Assembly (NCBI RefSeq): GCF_002113885.1
Contig: NW_018407298.1
Location: 129,462 to 193,461, forward strand
Length of the DNA: 64,000 bases
Reading direction: 5' to 3'
Origin: Mizuhopecten yessoensis
Lineage: Eukaryota
In this document: piece after piece, positions 1 to 13,468 of the stretch
How the letters are laid out: each line of letters begins with the position of its first letter
How positions within the stretch are numbered: the stretch's first letter is position 1
The notes under the pieces: model-generated
The model's input: only the letters and a program-made list of their open reading frames with translations
Told to the model about the DNA's origin: nothing
The model's database searches: none
Made by a program: the position numbers and the translations under genes

Positions 1-71
1 AAAGGTGCTCATAGTAACTCTAGATAAATTGAGGGTGAAAAGCTAAAAAAGAATTGATCGACTTGTTTCAG

Positions 72-2961
72 GATGGGTCTCTTCTTCAGTCCTTTGATAC
101 CATTCATGTGTTTCCTGAAGTGTTTTATTGTGTTTTATGTCAAAAAGGTGAGCCTTGTCTTTTTTTCTCTCAAAAATCCTTATCATTAATTTGTTTATAT
201 GTTAGATGGTCAGTTTATATAAGCTGATAATGTGAACTCTAATTAAGTTAAATACTACAGATATCTTGCTACAGAGATACAATGAGATTCAGACTATTTA
301 TTTGTAGTACATGTATGTCACGTACAGTTTTAAAATGTTGTTCCTTTTATATATATTATGTCACATTTTTACTTTAGGTTCCTAAATATTATGTTAAATT
401 CTATTATATGGCTCCTGAATGATATGTTACAGTTTACTCTGTTAAACAACTACGTGGCTCCCACTCGTCCTTACAGAACAACACATTCCAACTCCCTCTT
501 CATAGGCATGCTCTTCATCTCCTTCCTGATGGCAGCCATCCCCATCACCTACATGGTTGGCAAGTACGTCTCCTCATCTATACATCCAACAAATATTTTG
601 TAGGCTTCAATTCTATTCCCAGGCCCTGTTACAGGACAGATGTAGAGTATTTAGCTATAAATGCCACAATCAAGCTGAAGTCACTGGCTCAAAATTCAAT
701 GTCCCATATTTAGCATAATCATGAAATGATATTGATTTATAAATGTTTTTGTAGTAATAAGATACATCCTATGATATATTTAGTCGTCTAGTGTAATGTC
801 CTTTGTACATATTACACCTTTAGATTTGCATTATATTACATGTTAAACCATTTGCATTAACCATAAATACATTAACAGACATAAGATTTTAACTCAGATG
901 CATATACATTATGATATACCAGAACATTTTGACGCTGTCATTTTTTTCTGTCCAGAGGTTCAAAACTATCAGTGGATTCAAAAATTCCACATCTGAATCT
1001 GTCAGGTGTTTTCCAAGCTCACTGATAAAGAATTGATCCCAGTAAAAAAAAAAAAAACAAGCTCAGTGAAAATGGGATTTGTTGCAATTGCAGTTAATAT
1101 TAATGGTCTTTTGTTTTCATGTGACAGCTTTAACCCTTCCCAGAGCTGTGGCCCATTCCGTGTATACGCCACCAACCATACTGTATTCTTTGACACCGTG
1201 GCACATGTTATCTTGGAATGGCCTCAAGAGGCTCAGGATGTGTTTTTCTTCCTTGGCAAGACCAATTTCTTTATACCAGCAATACTAGTGATGTGGTGAG
1301 TAATGATAGCATGACATGTTTTTTTTATAGTACTGTAGTTAATCCAAGTAAGCTGTAGACTGAACAGAGAAATTGCATCAGGGGAGATAATCATCCTGAC
1401 TCTGTCATTGTGATTAACTACCGGTATATGAATCAGTGATTTCTTTTGCTCAATTTAACAGCCAAATGCAGGCTGCTTCCCCTAGCTGAAAAGTGCCTTA
1501 TTTTCCCAAAATGACAAAAAAATGAGGGATATATTCCCAATTTCAATAAAATTAATGCTGAATTTTCTTAATTCATAAAGGAACAGGCTGTTGTAAAATT
1601 TAGATAAAAAAACCCACTGTGAATTATATCACATTATATTTATCATAATAATAAACCCACTGTGAGTTATATCACATTATATTTATCGTAATAATAAACC
1701 CACTGTCTACTTGAAGTAGATGTCACTGAATAAAAGGACCTCTGTTACATGAATCACAACTTATTTTGCTTTATAACTGATGATGATCAGTGATGATAAT
1801 CATAATGGTGGTTATCCCCACAATAAAGTTGAAATAGGGGGAATCCGTCTGTCTATCTGTCTCTAAATGGGAAGGATTCCTGACATCATTTCTTAACTTA
1901 ATTGAAAGAAACTTTGCACACATTACATGTAATATGTACTGTAAAGCCATCTGCTTTTAAACTTCAGTTTCTGCATTTTTTTAGCGAGTTATTGCCCTTA
2001 ATTAAAAAATCTGTTTAAGATTAATTTCAATTAAAGCTTAATTTGTACACATGACCAGTATATCATGTAATTGTGTCCCTGCATTCCAAGTTCAATTTAT
2101 CCCCTGTTAAGGAATTATGCCTTGGCCTTCATTTAAAGTTTTCAGGAAAGCTACACATTCAGTATAAAGCCTGTGTCACTGTTAGGCTATGAGTATTTAT
2201 GAGTATCTTATTGGGCAATGGGTAGGGCAGAAGGTTGACACTTATTGATACTTAAAAATTATGATATGTAGGCATGCATGTTCCAAAGTATTTGTTAAAT
2301 TTTTAAGCTAATACAAATCTTTTCAAATGTGAAATCATCAGCGTCAGAAGTAGTGTTTTTTTATCACAAATGTTTATTTGCTCTAGATGAAGGCCAATTC
2401 TTAACTTTCAGTTTTTGTCTTAGATTTTGTTCAGTCTATGATATTCAATCTGTTAAATACTTTCCAGCTTAATCATGTATTACTACTGGGCGGTCAAGGA
2501 GGGACTAACAAAGATGGAGAAAATGCTTCAGGAACAATTGAAATTGGTAAGTACTTATATATATCAGCATTATTTCCATTTATTCAGTTTAAAATATTTC
2601 ACTCTGTGTAATTAGATAATTTTAGATCAAAATCAGACTTATGATAATAAAAGTGTTATCAAATTATGATAAAGAAAATTTAGTTTGCCAGATAAGAATA
2701 TATTGGAGCAGGAACACTTATATCAATGGTATAAGGTATGGCTGGTAGCTATAGTGTCTAAAATGATTGCCAAACTAAATGTGAATTGTTGGAAAGGGGA
2801 ATAATTGTGGGTGATATGAACTCACCAAAAAAGTGTATATTTAATGTGTTTTATTGGTGTCACCTCTTTCCCTACAGGAGGGGCGTGATAAGCAGTTCCT
2901 GTTGGCACGTGTCAATGAGATAGTGCAACACATGGACACAGGGGGCGCCACTAATGGATGA
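72..2961 (+). CDS. TMC7: Transmembrane channel-like protein (TMC7-like), paralog A, 3' part only; gene starts upstream of the window
   Basis: GT-AG exons with consistent phases: 72-147 (MGLFFSPLIPFMCFLKCFIVFYVKK), 433-563 (FTLLNNYVAPTRPYRTTHSNSLF...), 1128-1295 (FNPSQSCGPFRVY...), 2468-2546 (LIMYYYWAVKEG...QLKL), 2878-2961 (EGRDKQFLLARVNEIVQHMDTGGATNG*). PSxxCGPF and EGRDKxFL are TMC-family C-terminal motifs. Family is secure; TMC7 orthology is inference. Confidence 0.92.
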
Positions 2962-3455
2962 AGGGTATCACGTAGTGCAACACATGAACACAGGGGGCGC
3001 CACTAATGGATGAAGGGTATCACAAAGTGCAACACATGAACACAGGGGGCGCCACTAATGGATGAGGGGATCAAATAGTGGAACACATGAACACAGGGGG
3101 CGCCACTAATGGATGAAGGGCATCACATAGTGCAACACATGAACACAGGGGGTGCAAATAATGGATGAAGGGTATCACATAGTGCAACACATGAACACAG
3201 GGGGTGCCACTAATGGATGAAAGGTATCACATAGTGCAACACATGAACACAGGGGGTGCAAATAATGGATGAAGAGTATCAAATAGTGCAACACATGGAC
3301 ACAGGGGGCGCCACTAATGGATGAAGGGTATCACATAGTGCAACACATGGACACAGGGGGCGCCACTAATAGATGTAGGGTATCACATAGTGCAACACAT
3401 GGACACAGGGGGTGCAAATAATGGATGAGGGTATCACGTAGTGCAACACATGGAC
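2921..3455. repeat. 52-bp minisatellite, ~10 copies; the first unit contains the last codons and stop of TMC paralog A
   Basis: Unit TAGTGCAACACATGGACACAGGGGGCGCCACTAATGGATGAAGGGTATCACA. Confidence 0.95.
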
Positions 3456-4744
3456 GCATGGATATTGATGAATTGGCAGTTCAACGATTTGAACAATTCA
3501 GAGAAATTGTGATCAAAGATTTATAATCTGGATACCATGTGATATAAACTGAGTTTTATTCAGTATAATATTTACCACCCTGTAAATTGACTCTGTGTCT
3601 GATTCCATACCTGGAAATCCCAATATGAGTTGTGATAATTCAGATATTGTAATTATTTGAGCAATGAAAAGGAGGGAGGCAGTGTGCTAAGCTGATCTTT
3701 ATGTATGAGCCATTCAAAAATTTCTGTCACCATACCAACATGCAGCAATTACCACATGGATAGCGTGATTGCTAAAGTGTATTTCTGCTAAGTGGGGATA
3801 CTTCGAAGGATTGTAATAGAAAGACCAAACTATATTTATCATACATGTGATTCCTGACAGGAGTGACAGAATGTATTGAATGTCCCTCATACTGTTGACT
3901 GTGGTGACCAGTCAGTTGAATTGGTAGAAAATAAGTTATTATTGGCTCATCTGGCACAAAGTGCTTGTGAGCTTACTGTATGGTATGTCATCCATCTATC
4001 ACTACTATCTGTCATTATTTGTTCCAAGAAAAAGGCAAAAACAGGTATATGTCATTCCCTAAAGGACAATCAGAATTTTATAAAAGATAGTTTAATCATT
4101 TAGAAACCTCATTTTCTCAAAACCAATTTGCAAAATAGGTCACAAATTTTAGACAAGCTTTTCTAATTTCCACTGATAACAATGATTACATATTTTACAT
4201 CCTTTAGTAAAAATGGATACAGATTTCATAAATCATGCAGTTTCCAACCTACATTTATGATCAAGGCTGGAGATTTTAGAAATCTTTTCTTAAACCTTCA
4301 ATGTCTACAGATTTCTGATATCCCTAGATATAAGATGTAAGTGGTAACAGGCATATATTGTTCTCCACCTGTGATACTTGTTTGTAAATGGGATACTATA
4401 ATAAAATCTTCTCATACAATTGCTTAATCCAGGAGTTCTTCAAGTTCTTTCACAGAATAAAGATCATGTACAGAAAAAATGTACATGTTGTATAGACATT
4501 CAGACATGAAATTAGATATAGTCTCTGGCTTGAAAAACAATCAACTCTGCTTAATGGAGTCTAAGAAAAATGTTGTGCTTAAATAATTTGACAGGTGTAG
4601 AAATACATGCGAGATTTTGACAATAAAGTTTTAAGAGCAATTATTTTGTTTATTTGCATGTTTATCTGGTTAGTCTGTATGGGGAGATAAATATCAAATT
4701 TCAGGACATGTCAACATTTGGAGCCTATATATTGGCTCCTATTT

Positions 4745-6783
4745 TTTTTTTAGCTCAACTGCCCAGAAAATGCTGATGAAGAGGCCTGGAAGGCCAAATG
4801 AGATTTTGCCATGGTGCAGTGTCCATCTGTTCACTTTAATTTCTACATTAAAAAAAGGGGGATTGAAGGGTGAGGTTTTATGCAAAGTCTGTAAGAGGTT
4901 GCAAATGTTGATGTTCTGCATCTTTGATTGGTTTATACTGGGACTCGAGGGTGATAAACATGCAATACATGTATATCCCATACATATGTTCATCTGATGT
5001 CTCAGATTGCATGAGTGCATTGCATGCATGGATATATTTCTTTAGGGTATATCCATTTGTGTAATACACAAGGGCCACTTGAGATGTCGGATGAACACAT
5101 GTAGTATTGCTTTTATTATAAACCTACAATTGTTCTTCATATGCATATAATATTTCTACAAAGCATAACTCATCATTACCCCTTTGTTTATATGTTCAGT
5201 TTTCTTCTCAGAAACTTGAACCAAAAAACAACGGTGGACAAAATGATGTCGGGTATGGAATCTTAACATCAGGGTAACCATAGTGAAAATTGCGCTATAA
5301 TGATAAAAACTTATTATTGTTTCAAATTGTCAGTTAGATGAGGGGATAAGTTCCAGCCAAAAAGGAGATGAGCTACTGCGATACAGTGTGAAGTACATTA
5401 CCTTGTATTGCATGGCCTGAAAACTGGTTGTACCACTAGAGTAACATTCACCAGATATTTTATAAATTGGGACAAACCCAGGGAAATATGAAATCTTGAA
5501 AATCTTCAAAAATGTGCTACAACAGGCCTTTTAAAACATCCTGAATTATGATCATTGATTCCATCATAAGCATGGTGTTACTTATAAGACAACTGGCATT
5601 ACTAGTAATTAAAATATTATACACAGTTAAAACCTCGTTATCATGTCTCTCTTTTCATTTGGCAACTAGCTTTATGCAAATACATTTCAATAATTGTCCC
5701 CTTTTCTTATTTTTAGAATGATTCCCTTATATGTCAAAGTCTCCTTTGATATATTACCAAACACTTTGTAATGCCAAAATTGTCCTCGACAAATTGTGGA
5801 GGTATATCAAGATTATATGTAATATGTATTGTTAGCACACTTGGATTGTAAACGGGTTCATATAGCACAACCAGTGAAGTGTGTGTAAATTGTACAAAAG
5901 GTGAGGCTATAACCCCTGGCTGTCTGAAGGATGGGACCTGCAAATAAAAGAGCAAAATTACCATATTGTTTAAACAGATTTGTCTGTATACCTATGTGAT
6001 GGATATTGAACACACATGTATGCGGTTGAAAGCATGTTCACCTGGTGGGGATAATGGCTGGGCTGACATCCCCAGGGGTTGAGGACATGCATGGCCAGAA
6101 CAAAAGAGAAATTGGCCTTGTTGCAATTTCTCCTCTAGAACTATTAGATGGATATCATCCTTGGGGGATGCTGATTGAAAAATACATGCACAAATGAGGG
6201 GATAACCCCCAGAAGGCTGAGTGACCGGGCCAAAAAGGGGTTGTAACTTGAAAATGAATGAGATCCTCACCCATTAATCATGTATGCAATTGCTGGGCAT
6301 GGGGAGAAGAATACATATATCATACCGAGATTGAATTCAGGATCCTTTGGTAACTTATATTAATAGTCCCTGGGTCAGAATTAAGAAGTGTTTGACATCT
6401 TCTTGTTAATATGAAACAAACACAACCATGCTCTCAGAATTGGTTCCAGGTTTTCCCCTGTCTCTGGGGACTTATTCCTTTGGTCATGACATAGAAATGG
6501 CTGTGATGCCCAACCTATGACGATGTCAGAAATTCTTGATGAGTGCACACATCCCTTCCGACTAAGTTCTTGGTTCAAAACTTTGAGACTGTTGAGATCA
6601 CCACTCTATAACATATACCTGGGTATGAATTGACATATATTTAGACATATAATTGTCACAATAACTATTAGCACCAGGGTCTGGCCCCATACCCCGGAGC
6701 CTTATGTGCTTTAAAAGAGAATATTTTTCTATTATTGCTTAAATATCTAGGTGAGCGATACAGGCCCTCTGGTCCTCCTGTTC
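4745..6783 (+). mobile_element. Degenerate Helentron/HINE-like non-autonomous element
   Basis: 5' end tttttttagctcaactg...ggcctggaaggccaaatgag...gccatggtgcagtgtccatc and 3' end aggtgagcgatacaggccctctggtcctcctg resemble the termini of the intact copy at 26606-28217; interior decayed, so the two ends may not belong to one insertion. Confidence 0.5.
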
Positions 6784-9059
6784 AGATATGACTTTTATCT
6801 CTTTTCTTTTCAATAGACACAGATTATTTGTGTAGAAATGTTGTTATATACCAGTATAGTTTATAACTTGTATAACTTACACTGGTTGCATGTGAGTGTA
6901 CTTTATGATCCTTTTATGATTCAGCCATGTAATTCTACTATATCTGATGTGAAATCAAGATCAAGTGAAATGTGTAAATCTACCTAAAGAACTTGAACCT
7001 GTGATGTTTGGTCATGCCATGTGTCTAAAAATAGAAAATAATTCATTCTTCCAATGGCTAGCTTAGCTTGTTGAGGACAATAGACCCACCCAAGCTACAC
7101 ATACTGTACATGTACAATGAAGTCTGACCCAGTACACCTTTCAGGTAAACTCCACACATGCAAATACCAAGAGGCTGTAAACGTTTGAATACCAGGGTGA
7201 TCAAATTATCGTGTACATGGAAAGGATTGGTTCCTCAAAATAGGCATTGGGGGTGTCAGCTGCTTATAGAGCTATAGTGGCGCAGTTACTTAGCATATAC
7301 TCTCACATGTGCAGCACACCTGTACAACGTACATATTACTTGTATACATCAGAGGCTTAAATGTGTGATATGACTTGTGAGGCATCAGTCTCTGCTATAT
7401 ACTTCATTATGGTAACATTTTAATTATGTGAATCAGATATCAGATATGGAAGTTTGATGAGTACAGGTGGTGAATAAATTACCTGTGGATTTTTACCTGG
7501 TGTATACAAACATCTGTAGGTAAGTATACCTGTATATTCCTTACCTAAACTCAGTGATGTGTACACTGGGTATATCGATGATCAGCCATACATTAATGTA
7601 TGGAAAAGGTATCCATTTAGATTCATCATAAACTATGGAATTTAAAAAGCTCTGCTCTGTATGTAGTGAAAGGCACTTAGACTGGACAGATTAATTTACA
7701 TTACTTCTCTGAACCTTATATATATAAGAAAATGATCAGTAGATCATAACATTATGAATTTTTCTTTTACAGATTTAAATCATCTGGCTCTAGAATGCTG
7801 AATCATATGTATAATGGATTTCGAATGAAATTCCTAAGTATTCTTAATGAAATGACATTAATTAAGGAGACTTCTGGTTTATTTGAACTCTATTTGTCAG
7901 GGATTTAAACAAAACGGTTTGTGAACAAAACATAAATAACATGGTCTTCAGAAAAGGGTGACAGCTAGTCACTGTACAAGGAAGAGAACAAAGTGTTGAT
8001 ACTCGCTGAAATTAAAAGCCGCTCCTAAAAGGATGTGTTGGTTAGTTAGTTTTATGAGCTGGTAAGTTATGGTAATAAAAATGATAAATAGTTAAAGTCC
8101 TGTTCACAGAGCAAATGGTATACACATCATCAGTCCAACACTATAGGCATGTACGTCAAACTCATCCCAGATCACACTGTTTTTTAAATTCATGTACATT
8201 CTGTGATTTAATTATGTATAATTAATCAACTGTAATTAGGGAACCAAGCTAAGGTCACAGGAACCATATATAATAGTCATCCAGAATAAAACCTCCTTAT
8301 CATGATCTTATCTGGATTGAACTTAATATCATCCTGATTGTGTATTACTGCCTTTGATAATAACTGGTGTGAATAGCTACATCCTAACATGTTTTGATAT
8401 AATTAGTATAGGTAATGATCATGCAGTGATTAACTCATTTGGTGGAATAGCCATCTGAAGTTTGGAGTTCCCTATAGGCTTGAATCCCAAGTCCCTCACA
8501 TTTTGTTAAGGTAGAGAGACATAGTGTTGTATCTCCTACAAAGAAGACTTCCGATTTATTTGGCATTTTTCTAACTTGGAGTTGCTTTGCTGATTTAGTA
8601 TAAAGGGTATGTGAAAGAAAGATATCTATTATAATATCCTTCTTTTATAATAAAAACATATCTGCCAGGGGATTCAATCCCTGGAGCTCTTGTTTATAAA
8701 GAACTGAGGTTTATATCTGTACAACACTACTAGTCATGATATTTGTTTTGTGAATACTTTCAGGCAACATCACTGGAAATCATTTCAAATAGTTCTAACT
8801 CCATAAAAAAGGACAACAACCTGAATAATGTATTCGTTTGACAATAGAAAAAATAGTAAATTTAACGAAAAATTAAATTTTGGAGACTTCAATGTACAAA
8901 GTGTATTAGAAAATTGCTTGATGTCTCAACCCTATCACAGATTGCTGCCTGCTTCCTATCTCTTCTTACAAGTACTGCTTGTATACTCGAACTAATTGCC
9001 TGCCACACAGGCAAATAGCAATTTACCTGTTTTCATATGAGGAGCATAGAATCATATGT

Positions 9060-10520
9060 AGTCTAGAACCTGTCTAACCACAGTTTTTTATAATCTATAA
9101 TATATGATATTATCTAGGCCCTGTTTTACCACTGTAGTCTAGGACCTGTCTATACACCATTATTATCTAGGCCCTGTTTTACCACTGTAGTCTAGGACCT
9201 GTCTATACACTATTATAATCTAGGCCCTATAAAACTACTATAGTCTAGACGTGTCTGTATACCACTATAATCTAGGCCCTGTTTAACCACTTTAGTCTAG
9301 GACCCACCATTATTATCTAGGCCCTGTTTAACCACTTTAGTCTAGGACCTATCTGTACACCATTATAATTTAGGTCTGTTTAACCACTTAAGTCTAGGAC
9401 CTATCTGTACGCCATTATAATCTAGGTCTGCTTAACCACTTTAGTCTAGGTCCTATCTGTACACCATTATAATTTAGGTCTGTTTAACCACTTAAGTCTA
9501 GGACCTATCTGTACACCATTATAATTTAGGTCTGTTTAACCACTTTAGACTAGGACCTATCTGTACACCATTATAATTTAGGTCTGTTTAACCACTTAAG
9601 TCTAGGACCTATCTATACATCATTATAATCTAGGCCCTATTTAACCACTATAGTCTAGGACTTGTTTGTACACCATTATTATCTAGGGCCTGTTTTACCA
9701 CTGTAGTCTAGGGCCTGTCTATACACTATTATAATCTAGGCCCTATTTAACCACTATAGTCTAGGACTTGTTTGTACACCATTATTATCTAGGTCTGTTT
9801 AACCACTTAAGTCTAGGACCTATCTGTACATCATTATAATCTAGGCCCTATAAAACTACTATAGTCTAGTCGTGTCTGTATACCACTATAATCTAGGCCT
9901 TGTTTAACCACTTTAGTCTAGGTCCTATCTGTACACCATTATAATTTAGGTCTGTTTAACCACTTAAGTCTAGGACCTATCTGTACGCCATTATAATCTA
10001 GGTCTGCTTAACCACTTTAGTCTAGGTCCTATCTGTACACCATTATAATTTAGGTCTGTTTAACCACTTAAGTCTAGGACCTATCCGTACACCATTGTAA
10101 TCTAGGCCCTGTTTAACCCCTTTAGTCTAGGACCCACCATTATTATCTAGGCCCTGTTTAACCGCTATAGTCTAGGACCTGTCTATACACCATTATTTTC
10201 TAGGCCCTGTTTTACCACTGTAGTCTAGGTCCTGTCTATACACTATTATAATCTAGGCCCTATTTAACCACTATAGTCTAGGACTTGTTTGTACACCATT
10301 ATAATCTAGGTCTGTTTAAGCACTTTAGACTAGGACCTATCTGTACACCGTTATAATCTAGGTCTGTTTAAGCACTTTAGACTAGGACCTATCTGTACAC
10401 CATTATAGTCTAGGTCTGTTTAACCACTTAAGTCTAGGACCTATCTGTACACCATTGTAATCTAGGCCCTGTTTAACCACTATAGTCTAGGACCTGTCTT
10501 TACACCGTTATTATCTAGAC
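9060..10520. repeat. ~52-bp minisatellite made of two related TCTAGG-containing half-units
   Basis: Unit approx. CATTATAATCTAGGTCTGTTTAACCACTTAAGTCTAGGACCTATCTGTACAC. Confidence 0.93.
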
Positions 10521-11357
10521 TCTCTTAAGTCACCCTATACTATGGTGTAGGACCTTTCTATTCACTCTAGTTTAGCCCCCTTTCTAACTAATATATTGGC
10601 TAGACTTAGTCTAATCAATGTCTAGGCCAACATTTCTCACTTTTAGGCCCTGTCTCATCGCTAAATTTTTTAAGACCAGTAGTATCTATATATAAATGTA
10701 TAAACACTCTTTGAATGCGTTACTTAATTGATTAGGTACAGGAGAGATCAAACATCCATGAGGTTAAGCAAGGCAGTAAATGTACATTATAGAGTGAAGT
10801 ATGTAAAGAAAATCAATACAGTAATCAAAGTGCAGTACTGTAACTACAGTACTGTAAATAATGTACAATAGGCGCTACATGTTAACAGGTCTTTTGATTC
10901 CATCACTCCTGACTAATTTACCGTAATTAACTACACAATTGTAAGGAGTTAGCATTTTTTAAGATTGATATTATGGTACCCATATGAACATGTATTGCAT
11001 ATTTGCATAATAGAATATTTTTATGTGTTCATGTAAATTCTATAACATTTTGTAAAACAATATTGTTACTTGCATGTGTATAACTTGGACATTGCTATAG
11101 CCAGCTGTCTACCACTTTTTGTTTTACGTTATGACTTGACCTTCAACTCCTTGTGACCTCGTCCTTGAGGGAAGAAACATGAGTTTAGTACTTGACACAC
11201 AATTTACTCATTATGCATCCATCAATTAAGTTTGATAGCATATAACAAAAAAAATGAATGCCTTCATGCCTAAGCATCAAAATTGGATATATTGTATGGT
11301 CTGGCCTCGACCTTTAGGCAATTAACCTGTATTAAGTATACAATTGCACATCCGCTG

Positions 11358-11535
11358 TTAACTCATTCACCCCTGAAAACACATATGAACTCTTTCAAAT
11401 CAAAGGTTGGAATAGTTTATTATGAAATTTCAGGGGTGAATGAGTTAACCCTTTCACCCCTATGTAACTTTAAAAAAGTCTACAATGCATTGATCTGGCT
11501 AAGTCTATTATGGTCTATAGTGGTGAAAGGGTTAA
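11358..11535. mobile_element. Two adjacent 83-bp TTAA-flanked MITEs (piggyBac-like target site)
   Basis: TTAA-[11362-11444, 17-bp perfect TIR CTCATTCACCCCTGAAA]-TTAA-[11449-11531, 10-bp TIR CCCTTTCACC]-TTAA. Confidence 0.75.
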
Positions 11536-13468
11536 CAGGACATTAAACCTGATAAAACCAAACCAAAAGCAGTTTTTAAGTTTAAGTTTAACTTAAAAAC
11601 TTAAAACTTAAACAAACCAAAAGCAAAATATACTCACAGGCATGAGTTACAGCTGTTCACTCTTCCGTACAGGATACCTTATCATTGCTGTGTTTTATCC
11701 AGTGTTATTATGGTAATGTGGCCAAACAGTGTCCCAGGTGGGGGAACTAATCAATATTTGTGTATAAAATCTGAAAAACAACAGCTAGGTGGTTGTCAGG
11801 GAAACTTGGCCACTGTTAACAGGTAAATTGGTGTGTTGGGCTAGTCAGCTATACAACTTTACTGTGTGGTAGATTTTAAGTGAGAATTTTTTTTCCGAAT
11901 CCCCATATTTGTGTTGCCTGGGAGACTGTCCATATACAGAGTGAAGAATGTGATGTAACATGTTTTATACTATTGGTGGTCAGGGCCAAGATATCTATAC
12001 AGAGAGATGGTTTGACCGACATGGGACAATCTCTGTGTTCATAGGAAAGGATATCGATTTTTAAGTATCAGTAAATTGTGTTTCTTAATGTGAAACTGAT
12101 TTGGAACAATTTACACCTGTCAGCAAAGACTGAAATTTCACAGTCTTAAGAGATCAGAGGCTATAATTACAAGAGAACTTGTCTAGGGTGAGAGTATATC
12201 ATTTGTCTAGATGTACAAAATGTCATCATTCTGGACAGACCAGGTTACACATGGCTAGAGAGACTACCGACCTGTTTTGAGAGAGACCCTAAAATACCTG
12301 TCTAAAGGAACTAAAAAACTGTTGTCTACTGAGTCTTAAGTATTACATGGATGTAGTGACCAAACACCACCTGTCCAGATATCACCTGCCTCTAAGTGCA
12401 TCATTTAAATTGGAAAGAGAATTTTCTGAGTGAATTTTCTGATGGAAAATACCTGAGCTTGTTAACGTTCCTCTATGAAAATCATGGCAACAGTATTTGT
12501 TTTAGTAAAAAATGATAACACAGAAATATAAGCATTTTTAAAACTTGGTTTACGGTGGGGATTAACACTATATAAGGAGATAAATAATTTCATAAATAAT
12601 TTTTGCTTTAGGGCATGCTTGAATTTTGAATATTTTAAGATCTATAAAACTGAATATTTTTCATCTTATACTTTTCTATTTTATTACTTGTATATTTGCA
12701 ATTTTTCCCCAAACATATTGTGTTTTAATATATTTACTGGAAACTCTGCAAGTGTACTGAGTCAATCACCAGTCTAAATATGTACCGGGGAAGTGTTTGG
12801 ATTCAAGTTCTTAAAATGACACAACTTTGTTTAGTTTAACTTGTATATATTTCTCTTATAGACCTTATTAAGCTCTTTTAGAGATAAACAAAATATGTAT
12901 GTTTATATTAAGAACGATGGAAATATTAATTTGTATAATCCAAAAATGTTCATATCCAATTATCTTGTTAAGATATAGTAGTAAGGTTCTTTTGTCAAAT
13001 ATAAAACTATCTAAATTAGTTAATATTATAATTTTTAATTAGATAAAGATATTGTAATATAAAATCTTTGTTTGCATGATGCAGAAAATGCAGTGATATG
13101 TATTAGATACTTGGTAGATGAATTTAATAAGGATATTTCAGAATGACCTGCGTCTTTATGTAGACGACAGCAGTTGTTATACATGTACACATACAAACAC
13201 TTTTGACTAACAGGTACTAAGTCTTAGCTGCCTTTATTGGTGTACTTGACTTTATAGTTTATACGATTTTATATTTGTACAAGACAAGATAGAATTTTAT
13301 CTTCCTTTTGGTAGACAAGAATGCTATGTAATTATCAGACTAAAGATTTTTTGATTTTTTTTTTACAATGAACTTGTGTACATGTATGTGTATGTATGTA
13401 TATTAGTTCAGTTGATCGACTGGAAATAGCTTGTGTGTATTAATATTGAGGTCATGAAACTGTAAACA

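Noticed and set aside
4770-4805. CTGATGA followed by a GGCC stem, hammerhead-like
   Set aside because: No GAAA box; the stem matches the 5' hairpin of the HINE family.
7480-11830. Possible 5' UTR exons of TMC-B (donor-like GTAAGT at ~7520 and ~8062, GTAAAT at ~11823)
   Set aside because: Cannot be told apart from chance matches without transcript data.
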